From: Octopus sinensis
Taxonomy: Eukaryota
DNA: 43,644 nucleotides
NCBI RefSeq assembly: GCF_006345805.1
Contig: NW_021835002.1
Span: 1-43,644, forward strand
Reading direction: 5' to 3'
A program made the translations under genes and the position numbers. Positions 1-11,255 of this stretch are shown piece by piece (the stretch's first letter is position 1; each line of letters begins with the position of its first letter). The notes under the pieces were generated by a model that was not told the DNA's origin, did not search any database, and saw nothing but the letters and a program-made list of their open reading frames with translations.

Positions 1-96
1 CTTGTGTGTCTGTGTGTGTGTCTGGGTGTTTTGTTGTGTGTAACTTTTCGATCTACCAAGTTTCATTATTAAGGATGGAAAGTAGTGTGTAGCAAA

Positions 97-484
97 TCTA
101 TATATATAAAGCTGAAGTTGTCTGTGCGTGGCAGGGTTGGTAGCCTTCAACTAACACTATCTCCTTCGAGACCCTGCAGCGCAAGTTGACCAAAATTGAG
201 AGTATGATAGAAGAAGGCTTGCTCTTCATTCTGTAGAAGATAAAATTCAAATCGGACCATGTTAACACCAAAAATTATTTACATCAAAAAGGTGGGTTTT
301 TTCTATGAAAATCCCTATTTTTTACGATTTTTGACTGCTGTGTCGCCATTTTTCGGTGTATTTCAACTGGAAAAATGTTCACTTGAAGAGAATAAGAAGT
401 TGCATAATGCAAAAGTTTAACTTTTCAAAAATTCCAATTCTAAAGGGTCGAAACAAACCCAAGCAACACCAGGTGATACTGCTA

Positions 485-485
<1 letters not shown>
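97..485 (+). mobile_element. Non-autonomous Helitron-like element
   Basis: Begins TCTATATATATAAAGCTGAAGTTGTCTG at 97 and ends ACCCAAGCAACACCAGGTGATACTGCTAG at 485 (degenerate subterminal hairpin plus CTAG). It sits between A(96) and T(486), the A|TC...CTAG|T pattern of Helitrons. No ORF. Confidence 0.7.
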
Positions 486-579
<94 letters not shown>

Positions 580-720
580 AAATATATATATTAAACCGCA
601 CGCAAACACTCACACAATTCATGCACATACAAACACACGCACAGACATACACGTATATATATATATACGTGTGTATATGGGTTGCGTGTGCGTGTGTGCG
701 CGTGTGTGTGTGTGTGTGTA
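486..720. repeat. (AT)n followed by (CA)/(GT) microsatellites
   Basis: Directly visible dinucleotide runs. Confidence 0.95.
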
Positions 721-1463
721 AGTTTATTTCATGCATCTTCTTATTAATTCAAATCCAAAATTCTAATCCTGGTATTATGAAATTATTATCTCTTTTGTAC
801 TAACTGTCAGCTGGAGACTCCACGTAACTTAAAAGGATTTTGTTAAATTGAATCAAATGTTATAGCTTTCTCACGATCGCCAATTTCTGAAAACTGGTTT
901 CTGAACATAGCAAGATTCACCATGGATTTGTTATAATATGTACTACCACTATATACTTCTAATTAAACAATTAAACACATCTCAGATTTCACTAAACCAA
1001 GATTCGCGTCTTTAAATCTCGAAACTATAAAAGTGTCCGCTTTCATCTTGAATTTAATTAAATCAGCCTCATTTTCTCAAGATTCTTTGGCATATCATAG
1101 CAATGCGTTTGTGAACTTCTTAGTAAACAGCTAATCATCTGAAGTAATAGGGGATATATCATATTAGATATTTGGGGACAATAAAACGCATTTACGCAAT
1201 CTACACATACGCAATATCTTGTGAATGACAATAGGATACCCGTGTCGTCAAAAATGCTGACCTGTGTCGTCAAAAATTCAATTGCTGACAATTCAATTAA
1301 TGATAGAAAATGATAGAATATGGTGCATCAAAACAATGGGAGGAACTATTGATAAATATCAGTCATCGAGTAATTATATGTACAGTCAAAGAAATGAATC
1401 ACTTGAACAGATACGGTTGTAAAGCCTCAGTTGCAAATATTATCATCCGCGAATATATATATC

Positions 1464-1495
<32 letters not shown>

Positions 1496-1511
1496 ATATA
1501 TATATATCCTT

Positions 1512-1635
1512 TTTATTCTTTTATTTGTTTCAGTCATTTGACGGCGGCCATACTGGAGCACCACCTGTAGTCGAACAAATCGACCCTAGGACTTATTCTT
1601 TGTAAGCCTAGTACTTATCCTATCGGTCTCTCTCT
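1512..1635 (-). mobile_element. SINE-B 3' tail fragment
   Basis: TTTCAGTCATTTGACGGCGGCCATACTGGAGCACCACC...CTAGTACTTATCCTATCGG matches the tail of the full copies at 12072-12430 and 32538-33059. Confidence 0.85.
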
Positions 1636-2077
1636 CTTCCTATATATATATATATATATATATATTTCAAAGAAAGTTAGAGGTTATGGATCCAACCAAC
1701 TAAGGGATAATATCTATCCAATATACTGCTGGTAGAATACCCAATTATTAATGCACAAGTGTTTTTTATTGCATTGCAATTACATTATCGAGTGTACTGA
1801 ATGGGTGAAGGTAAAGAGATATTTTACCATTAATTTATAGAGAGCAATAAGAAAATGGAGGGGATCAATAGGTGGTTCATCAACTTTTAGATCTGTTTGC
1901 AGATCTTCCCATTCAGGGTCAGTTGTTTAAAAGCTATATACAAGCTTAAAACAATATTAAAATACTGCCACAAGATTTCGTATCTGTGTAGCTGAACACC
2001 AGATAGCTTTAAAAATATGTTCTTTACAAACATGTAAATCACGTGACCTGCTAATTTCAGGCAAAGGATCTTCAGTA

Positions 2078-2134
<57 letters not shown>

Positions 2135-2151
2135 TGTGTGTGTGTGTGTAG

Positions 2152-2447
2152 TTTATCTTTTATTTTTTACCTGTTTCAATCATTATTCTGCAGCCGTGCT
2201 GGAATCCCACCTTGAAGAATATTTAGCCGAGTGAGTCGACTCCAGTACTTTTCTTTAAACCTGGTATTTATTCTATCGATCTCTTTTGCCGAACCGCTAA
2301 GTTACGGGGACGTAAAACACACACCACCCCCGTAAACACCCCCGCCCCCGGTAAGTAAACGCGGAGATGTTTGTAAGTTACGGAGAGAAAGCTACTGTGG
2401 AAGGCTCATAGTATAATAATAATATTATTATGATATATTATAATAGT

Positions 2448-2480
<33 letters not shown>

Positions 2481-2625
2481 TACGACGGGCTTCTTTAAGT
2501 TTCCGTTTACCAAATCCACTCAGAATGCTTTGGTCGCCCCGGGGGCTATAGTAGAAGACATTAGCCCAAGGTGAGACGCAGTGGGATTGAACCCGAACCA
2601 TGTGGTTGGGAAGTAGGCTTCCTAG
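2152..2625 (-). mobile_element. SINE-B, interrupted by ~160 bp of unrelated/AT-microsatellite sequence
   Basis: Tail half at 2152-2325 and head half at 2485-2625 (GACGGGCTTCTTT...GCCCAAGGTG..GCAGTGGGATTGAACCCG) align to 32538-33059. Confidence 0.8.
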
Positions 2626-2720
<95 letters not shown>

Positions 2721-2726
2721 ATATAT

Positions 2727-2760
<34 letters not shown>

Positions 2761-3223
2761 GTAGAAATATGTTATGAAAAAAAATATAAAATACACGTGG
2801 AACTGTAAGGGTAAAATATGAAAAATCAACGAAAATGCATATTGCAAATAGAAAAAGGCTATTTATGACAGGAAACGACAAATATATACATTTAGATTGA
2901 CTGAGGAAGTAATACGAGTCTTTCAAAAGGTCTTATTATGAGATGATTATAGATGATAATAAAGTAAGAGAACAAAACGAACCAGTGGTTTACGGGAAGG
3001 CTATTCATCGTTTGAACCATGAATATATATATATACATACACGCACACGCACACACATACACACACAAACACATATCCCGATGAAGGCTAAGGCCACCAA
3101 AACTGCGAAGTCACTTCTCAACACTTCTTGTTAAAGAATAATAAATATGCAATCTGCTGAAAGTATTGAGTAATCCTGCAGTATTTTTATCGTAACTCAA
3201 TGTAAGGGGCATTAATATACGTC

Positions 3224-3500
<277 letters not shown>

Positions 3501-4198
3501 CCCCGGGAGTAATTCAAACCACTATATTTTTATTAGCAAGTAAGGAATGTCTTTTTAAAGTAACGTATTTATTTGCAATAGCTTCTAATTTGTATTTGGG
3601 AAACGTAAATGTTAGCCAGGAAAATGACATCTACTCTTGGTAATATATTCCTGACTTTTATTGATAAAATGCCATTCTCACACTGCAGAAATATCATCTT
3701 CTATTCGTAAGACACCGAACAGGGAATAAAATGGATTTAGATTGTAAAGTTTAATCCTGAATATAAATCTTCCAGCAATATATCATATCCACAATCCCTA
3801 GATTTGCTAATGTGGTATTTGAAAAATTATTTTGAGACTCTCAGCATAGTTTCATTTCATATTATCTAGAATATTGAAAGAACATAGGAGCATTCTGAGA
3901 TGTTGATAAATAGAATTTGATAAGCATAAGCGACGGAGATATAAAGATATGAAGCAACACTGCGTCATGAAAATACATACGTACATCCATACATGTCTCA
4001 ATAAATAAACTGATCTATATGTATACCTATCTATCTTTCTATCTAACTATCTCTGTATGTATATATATATATATATATATATATTAGATTATATTATATA
4101 TATGTATGTATGTATATATGTATATATTCATAAGTGTATATCTATCTATCTTTTTATATATATATGTGTGTGTGTGTGTATGTATGTATGTATTTATA

Positions 4199-5469
4199 TT
4201 GGGTCATCCCATAAATAATGCGGTTTTTTATACTTTCATTTTTCAAAATTATGATAAACAAAGTTCTTTTTTAATCTAAAGTATATTATCTCCTTCATTT
4301 TCTACAATGCTCTTCCATCTCTCTGGTAGACTTGCAAGGACCCTCTTCCAAAATTCACTTGTCCGTGACGAAAAATACTCCTCCAGTACTGTTCTGAACT
4401 CGTCTACAGAATTCATATTTTTTTTCCGTCCAAATGATTTTCAAGACTGCGGAATAAATGATAATCAGATGGGACAATGTCCGACGAATATGGTGAGTCG
4501 AGCATCGTTTCCCATTCAAACTCCTCCAGCCTTTCGAATCTCATCCTCGCTGTATGTGGCCGAGCTTTAACCTGATGGAAGAACACCTTTCGTCTTGCAA
4601 CCAAACGTGGTCGTTTTTCTTCTAGCGTTGATTTAAGCCGCTCAAGCTGCTCACAGTAGATCTCCTTTGTTATCGTTTGGTTTGGGTCTAAAAGTTCAAA
4701 ATGGACTAAACTTTTTATATCCCACCAAAGAGATAACAACACCTTACGTAGGTGAAGACCTCCTTTAGCCTCGAGTACCAACGTTTCTCTTTTCCCTACC
4801 CACTGTCTTCGGTGCTTGGCATCTTTATAGAGAACCCATTTCTCGTTACCAATCGCTAATCGGTCGAAATAAGGTTCATTCGTGAGACGTGACAGCAAAA
4901 AGCACACATTCACTCTCTGCACGCGATTAGACTCGGAAAGTTTGTAAGGGACCCATTGACCCAATTTGTTGACTTGGCACGCAGGTGTCGATGAATGGTA
5001 GAAGGACCAAATACAAGCTTCTTTGCTCAACATTTAAGATGGGATTTTGTTCCACCAGAGTTTGTAGGATATCCTCGTCGAACTCTACAGATCTTCCAGG
5101 ACGAGGCTCATCTTCTAGGCTGTAGTTTTCGGCTCGGAATTACTGGAACCACTATTGACACTGGCTTTCGTTTATTGTCTGATTCCTATATACTACATTA
5201 ATATTCCACGCACTTTCCGTTGCGTTGCTGCCTTCATTGAACTCATAAAGCAAAATATGCCGAATATGCTCCTATGTCACTTCCATTATAAATTTGAAAA
5301 AACAAATGTTAAAATCGAACTGCACTCTTCAAAGCTTTCACTAAGAATAAGTACCAGGTAAAATTATAACCTGCTTTTATAGCAAATTGATACAGGTACT
5401 TTATCCTGTTCCCCTCCTACTTTTAATTCATGCAACTGAAAAAAACGCATTATTTATGTGATGACCCAT
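4199..5469 (-). mobile_element. Full-length (~1.27 kb) mariner DNA transposon, degenerate
   Basis: TIRs TTGGGTCATCCCATAAATAATGCGG / CGCATTATTTATGTGATGACCCAT, with TA at 4197-4198 and 5470-5471. Transposase remnant on the minus strand. Confidence 0.93.
4272..5286 (-). pseudogene. Mariner (DD34D) transposase pseudogene
   Basis: N-terminus MEVT*EHIRHILLYEF...EDEPRPGRS, then WVPYKL (WVPHEL), GNEKW (GDEKW), HQVKARPH (HQDNARPH), YSSDIVPSDYHLF (YSPDLAPSD). Several stops and frameshifts. Confidence 0.92.
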
Positions 5470-5499
5470 TACTTACGTGTGTATATATATATATATATA

Positions 5500-5655
5500 C
5501 GATGGGGTTCTTTCAGTTTCCATCAACTAAATCCACTCACAAGGCTTTGGTTTGCCCAAGGTTATAGTAGAAAACACTTGCTCAAGGTGCCACGCAGTGG
5601 GACTGAACCCGAAACCATGTGGTTGGGAAGTAAACCTCTTAGTACACAGCCACTC
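5500..5655 (-). mobile_element. SINE-B head/CORE-like half
   Basis: Matches 32897-33059 (AAATCCACTCACAAGGCTTTGG...CAAGGTGCCACGCAGTGGGACTGAACCCG). Confidence 0.85.
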
Positions 5656-5981
5656 CATATATAATTATATGCTTGCTTATTACTCAATTCTTAATATTTC
5701 GATTTTTGTTAATCATTTAAAGCACTATTTCATTCTTTTTAGAATTCATCCGTATGATATAACTTGATGTCTCTATTCCAATCTATTCTATAATTTTATT
5801 TGTGGTTCTATATCTACCAAGGATGGGCATGCATCCTGCTACGCCACCTTCTCTAAATATAATGTCCAGCGCAATGCACAGTTGGAGGATTTTGAGTGAT
5901 CAAAAAAGCAAGCTAAGAAACTCTTGGTACGGAAGCATCTTGGACTGTATGGGTTTCTATACCACGACTTATATACATGAG

Positions 5982-6097
5982 GAGGAAGGGATGACGAAGA
6001 GGATCGAGGAGGGAGTGACGAAGAGGATCGATGAGGGAGTGACGAAGAGGATCGAGGAGGGGATGACGAAGAGGATCGAGGAGGGGATGACGAAGAG
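5982..6097 (+). repeat. 24-bp minisatellite, ~4.8 copies
   Basis: Unit GAGGAGGGRRTGACGAAGAGGATC at 5982, 6006, 6030, 6054 and 6078, decaying into GAG/GAC repeats. Confidence 0.9.
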
Positions 6098-6349
6098 AAG
6101 GAGGAGGAGAGGATGACGAAAAGGAGGAGGAGGGGAGGAGAAAGATGATGACGAGGGGGAGGAAGACGACGACGACGAGGAGGAGATTACATCTACACCA
6201 GATAACCAATACAGGATACAGAACAGACTGTTGTTATTGTTGTTCTTTTTGTTTGGGCAGTCATCGCTATTGCTTTTTCAATTGTCATTGCTGTAACTAC
6301 TTTTGGAACTATCATTGTTGTTGGCATCGCTGTTGTTATCCTTGATGCT

Positions 6350-6540
6350 GTTTTAAATTAGCTCCAAGTCAGCTTTGTTTACGCATCCTCATGATCAAAG
6401 ACTCTCGTGCTGCAACAAGATATGGTATATCCAGAACTGCAATGTTTCTTTCTCTTTTTAAAACGGTACAGAATGATTTGAGGGAGATTTAACTTCTATT
6501 TGTAACAGCTGGAGTGACTAGTTAGAGGCGCTCTCATTGT
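6350..6540 (+). repeat. Unclassified interspersed repeat (family E), diverged copy
   Basis: ATGATCAAAG...GATTTGAGGGAGATTT..CT.CTATTT..A.CAG is also seen at 15150-15325 (+), 21265-21410 (+) and 23080-23270 (-). Confidence 0.55.
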
Positions 6541-6944
6541 ATCAAATACAAATGTTGTAATCTAAAACATTTATTGATAGATTATCCCGCAGAGGTCAAG
6601 TTTTACTAAATATAACCACGTGACCCTTTTCACTAACGGTGTAATTAAGAAAGGTGACTGACAATTTGGTAATTAATCACACTTCAATATAGAATTTCTG
6701 AAACAGCCACCAGGTTACCAGCCTACATGAATCTCTTTCAGAAGACAAAACTTCAAGTTCGTTTGGCTCTATGGCAAATACATTGTTGAACTGATGAAAG
6801 ACATTAAAATACTGCCACGAGGCTTCGTTTTTGTGTAGCTAAAATACGATATAGCCATAAAAATGTATTTCTTGCGAGCATATATATCACATGCAACGAA
6901 CGTGTCTTGCTAATTTCAGACGAAGGATCTTGAGTAACATTGGG

Positions 6945-7055
6945 GCTGTGTGTGTATAAGAGCGTGCGTGCATGCGTGTGTGTATGTGCGTGCGTGTGTG
7001 TGTGTGTGCGTGCGTGTGTGTGTGTGTGCGTGCGTGTGTGTGTGCGCGTGTGTGT

Positions 7056-7116
<61 letters not shown>

Positions 7117-7135
7117 CGCGTGTGTGTGTGTGCGT
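6945..7135. repeat. (GT)n/(GCGT) microsatellite
   Basis: Directly visible. Confidence 0.95.
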
Positions 7136-7421
7136 TAGATTTTCGTGACACTCTTGGAGATTGTACTTACTGCTCTGTTGCTAGGGAAGCTCCCTGTCTT
7201 TGATGATGGTTTGAAAGAGTGTAAAGCTGTCTACGGCAAAGAAAGTATTTCACAGAAGTAGCAATGGAAGAATGTGCGTTAGGAGACAGAACAACAGTCA
7301 CAGACAAATGCTGCAAATTGAATTACGAGAAAATAAATCAAACTGTTGCAAGGAGGTACTGAGTAGGCGGTGTATATTTTAGATCGAGTCAACAAGCTTA
7401 AGACATACAGGCATATTAAGA

Positions 7422-7639
7422 CAAGGGGGTGCTGGAAAGTTTCTGGCTTTAAAAGTATCGCGAAAGGCCTGGATGGAGGTCCAATCTTCCGAGTTCTTTT
7501 ACGGGGCTTAGAAACACTAAAGGATTGCTGCAATAAATGTGCGAGTCTGAGAAGGGGAATATGTTGAATAAAATCATAATTAGCGGATCCTCCTGTATTT
7601 TCATTTACCCAAAGCCAGGAACTTTTCAGGACGCCTTCG
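7422..7639 (+). mobile_element. Mariner-derived MITE (218 bp) retaining the transposase C-terminus
   Basis: TIRs CAAGGGGGTGCTGGAAAGTTTCTGGCTTT / AAAGCCAGGAACTTTTCAGGACGCCTTCG, with TA at the right end. The interior reads GLETLKDCCNKCASL-(frameshift)-GEYVE*, like a mariner C-terminus. Confidence 0.75.
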
Positions 7640-7679
7640 TATCTTTTTATCTTACATGGTTTTCTTGCTTAATTCCTTG

Positions 7680-8070
7680 GATGAACTGGGGCTATTCTGG
7701 GGCACTACCTTGAAGGGTTCAATTGAATAGATCGACCCCAGAACATACTTTTAAGTCTGGTACCTACTCTATCAATGTTTTACCAAACAGCTATGTGACG
7801 GGCACGTAAGCAAACCAAAACCGCTTGTTAAACGGTGGCGAGGACCAAACACAGATACAAGGCAAAATACACACACGCGTGTATGTGTTTGTGTGTATGT
7901 GTGGGTCTATACACATAAAGGTCTTCTACACAGTTTCTGTCTACGAAACTCACAAGGATTTAGCCGGCTCAAAGCCATAGGAAAAATCGTTTGCCCAAGT
8001 TCTGGCGCAGTGGGACTAAACCCGAAACCGCGTGATCACAAAACGAGCTTCTTAACTACACTGCCATGTC
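7680..8070 (-). mobile_element. SINE-B, old diverged copy
   Basis: Recognisable tail (ATCGACCCCAG..TACTT), internal CA tract, and head (TGCCCAAG..GCAGTGGGACTAAACCCG). Confidence 0.7.
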
Positions 8071-8494
8071 TGCACATAAAACATTCTGTACTAGCAGGGC
8101 AAAATATAAACCCTTCTCAAAACGTGCCACTAAACATGGGTCATCAGAATAGACAAAATTCCTTAATGTTACCAAGAATTTCTTTTTTGCTTCTGGCCGA
8201 GAAGTTAATCAACTCAAAATCATTTGAGGTGTGATGCAAGACACCATGATATAGCAGGTATCAAGCTAGAATTTCGTTTCTCACTACTGAGCTTCCGAAT
8301 TTTATATTTAAATCACTGCCCGGCACATTAGAAGGTTTTTCGCGATAGTCCCATGTTGATTTCAAGCTTTTGAATGGAATTAGACAGATGGAAACTGTAT
8401 GGAAGCCTATCGGATTAACTGAATCTGTAATTCAAAAGTCAAGTTTGTCAGACGCTGAGTCCCTTATGATGCTTCTTTTTTTAATGTCAAACGA

Positions 8495-8888
8495 AAGCGG
8501 TGAGCTGGCAGAATCGTTAGCACACCGGGCGAAATGCTTAGCAGTATTTCGTCTTCCGCTACGTTCTGAGTTCAAATTCCGCCGAGGTCGACTTTATCTT
8601 TCATCCTTTCGGGGTCGATTAAATAAGTACCAGTTACGAACTGGTGTCGATATAATCGACTTAATCCGTTTTTCTGTCCGTGTTTGTCCTCTCTGTGTTT
8701 AGCCCCTTTGTGAGTAGTAAAGAAATAGGTATTTTTTTCCATCTTTACTTTCTGAGTTGAAATTCCGCTGAGATCGACTTAGCCTTTATACCCATTTGGA
8801 GTCGATAAAATAAGCCCCAATGAAGTACTGGTATAGGTATAATCGACTTGCCTCTTCACTACTGGCCCTATGCCAAAATTTGAAGCCT
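8495..8888 (+). mobile_element. SINE-A dimer
   Basis: tRNA-like head with A box TGGCAGAATCG and B box GAGTTCAAATTCC, core CTTTCATCCTTTCGGGGTCGAT..TAAGTACCAG, long tail, then a second monomer with the short tail. Confidence 0.85.
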
Positions 8889-9570
8889 TTAATACGTTAA
8901 ATGTACGAGTGAGTGTAGAATACTTTACTTACATAACGATTCAATTAGTAGTAAGTTTTGTTGATTGAAAAACTGGAATATATACCATATAAACCGATGT
9001 AAGATTTATTTATGCTAGAATAGCTAGGGAAATCTCAGCGAATCTGATCTGAAAATACCATCTGATTGCTAGGCCATTGCCCTTCAAGAGTATAAGGAGA
9101 TTGGCCTTTCTGTGAATGACCATTGAAGAGATATAATTATTTAGAGATATGTCGGGTCATCAGTGATATAAAGAAAGAAAGACACAAAGATTCCACAGAA
9201 CATTAATATGGTTAATTTATTCTTCCACTAAAAATAAGTCGACCTGACGGATCAGACATTAAACACAAATACAGCTACGATAAGCGAATTGTGCGACAAA
9301 AATGAATGTAATTCAAATACCACAATTCTATACAATTCAACGCATAATTAAAAAAGAAAAGTAAAACAGAAGCAGTTAATTGTGAAATGAGAAAATTATA
9401 TGAAGTCATAAACAAGTTCATCTTTCAGTAATATGGAAAAGTTTCTTATGAATGCAAATTTTCAATAAGTGTCAGAGTTCGTGTATTAGCACAAATGACT
9501 GAGAAGAAATTACACTGACAGAAAATATTTTAAACAGTATTTTGACTTGTATCTTTGTGAGAAAACCTAT

Positions 9571-9678
9571 TTCTTATTTCTTTACTGCCCACAAGGGGCT
9601 ACACACAGAGGGTACAAACAAGGACAGAAAAACGGATTAAGTCAATTATATCGACCCCAGTGCGTAACTGGTACTTAT
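9571..9678 (-). mobile_element. SINE-A fragment (long tail plus part of core)
   Basis: Reverse complement of 10430-10530; it breaks off at GGTACTTAT, where the tRNA fragments begin. Confidence 0.85.
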
Positions 9679-9692
9679 AATAAAAGGCCGCT

Positions 9693-9709
9693 GGGATCGT
9701 CCGGGATTT
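9693..9709 (-). pseudogene. 3' fragment of tRNA-Pro (T-loop/acceptor)
   Basis: The minus strand reads AAATCCCGGACGATCCC, a 16/17 match to the conserved eukaryotic tRNA-Pro 3' end AAATCCCGGACGAGCCC as I recall it. It is followed by GCGGCC-TTTT, a Pol III terminator-like run. Confidence 0.5.
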
Positions 9710-9718
9710 TAAATAACG

Positions 9719-9790
9719 TTCCTATGCCGGGAATCGAACCCGGGCCGCCTGAGTGAAAGCCAGGAATCCTAACCACTAGACCACAACCTA
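9719..9790 (-). tRNA. tRNA-Glu(TTC) pseudogene
   Basis: Minus strand TG-GTCT-AGTGGTT-AGGA-T-T-CCTGG-CT TTC AC-TCAGG-CGGC-CCGGG-TTCGATT-CCCGG-CATAGGA-A. The D, anticodon and T arms are intact, but the acceptor stem pairs only 3/7 (TAGGTTG vs CATAGGA). Confidence 0.85.
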
Positions 9791-9913
9791 TTTCTACAAT
9801 ATAAACTTGTTTGTATCAACAGTTGTGAATGAGTGTGAACGCGCGTTTCTTTCGGTCTTAAGCTCCGTCAGAATAGCAAATTCATAACGCGTTCGAAATA
9901 TGTTTCTACGAAG

Positions 9914-10850
9914 GGACGGCGAACAGGCAGAATCGTTAGCACGCCGGGCGAAATGCGTAGCCATATTTCGTCTGCCGTTACGTTCTGAGTTCAAATTCCG
10001 CCGAGGTCGACTTTGCCTTTCATCCTTTCGGGATCGATAAATAAAGTACCAGTTACGCACTGGAGTCGATGTAATCGACTTAATCCGTTTGTCTGTCCTT
10101 GTTTGTCTCCTTTGTGTTTAGCCCCTTGGGAGTAGTAAAGAAATAGGTATTTCGTCTGCCGTTATGTTCTGAGTTCAAATTCCGCTGAGGTTGACTTTGC
10201 CTTTCATCCTTTCGGGAGTCGATTATATAAGTACCAGTTACGCACTGGGGTCGATGTAATCGACTTAACCTCTTTGTTTGTCCCCTCTATGTTTAGCTCC
10301 TGTGGGCAATAAAGAAATGATTAGACGCAGGCGTGGCTGTATAGTAAGATCTTAAAAGTTCTGAGTTCAAATTCCGCCAAAGTCGATTTTGCCTTTCATC
10401 CTTTTGGGGTCGATAAATTAAATACCAGTTACGCACTGGGGTCGATGTAATCGACTTAATCCGTTTGTCTGTCCTTGTTTGTCCCCTCTATATTTAGCAC
10501 CTTGTGGGCAATAAAGGAATAAGAAATAAGAATCGTTAGCACGCTGGGCAAAATGCTTAGCAACATTTCTTACGTTCTGAGTTCAAATACTACCGAAATC
10601 GACTTTGCCTTTTATCATTTCGGGGCAAATTCATAACGCGTTCGAAATATCGTTAGCTCGCTGGGCAAAATGCCTAGCGACATTTCGTCCGTCCTTGAGT
10701 TCGGAGTTCAAATGCTGCTGAAGTCGAGTTTGCTTTTTATTCTTTCGGGGTCGTTAAAATAAGGACCAGTCGAACATTGGGGTCGATTTAATCAACTCAT
10801 CCCCTTCCCCGAAGTTGCAGGCCTTGTGTCACTAATTGAAATCAGTATCA
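9914..10850 (+). mobile_element. SINE-A multimer cluster (about 4 cores) plus a diverged monomer at 10651-10850
   Basis: Repeated GTTCTGAGTTCAAATTCCGCC...GGGGTCGATGTAATCGACTTAA units. Confidence 0.9.
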
Positions 10851-10942
10851 TGTATCTACGAGTGTATCATGTGTATGAAACATTATACACGTCACAAAAT
10901 CGAACGGCGTTGATTAGTTAAGCAAGGCTATATCGCTATGTG

Positions 10943-11255
10943 TTTTTTTTATATTTATGCGCCCTTTTCAAGCCTAACCAGGCTCATGGGCCCGGTTTCC
11001 CGGTTTCTATGGCGTATGTGTTCCCCTCCCCTTCGCCAGTCCATCGCAGCGTTACTCAAGAAACAGGAAGAAAGTGTGAGAGAAAGTTGGGGCGAAAGAG
11101 TACAACAGGGGTCGATACCACCCCCTGCAGGAGCCTCGTGGAAGTTTAAGTGTTTTCACTCAATAAAACACACACAACGCCCAGTCTGGGAATCGAAACC
11201 GCGATCCTCCGACCGCGAGTTTGCTGCCCTAACCACTGAGCCATTGGGCCTCCAC
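10943..11255 (-). mobile_element. SINE-C: tRNA-headed SINE with a V-domain-like segment
   Basis: Minus-strand head GGAGGCCCAATGGCTCAGTGGTTAGGGCAGC...GGTTTCGATTCCC (A and B boxes). The internal CTGCGATGGACTGGC...TAGAAACCGG resembles the V-SINE domain (from memory). Confidence 0.75.

Noticed and set aside
3072-3105. CCCGATGAAGGCTAAGGCCACCAAAAC as a Penelope-type hammerhead ribozyme
   Set aside because: The core would need CUGANGA and GAAA; both are broken, and no stems I/III were found.
9719-9790. Functional tRNA-Glu gene
   Set aside because: The acceptor stem has four consecutive mismatches.
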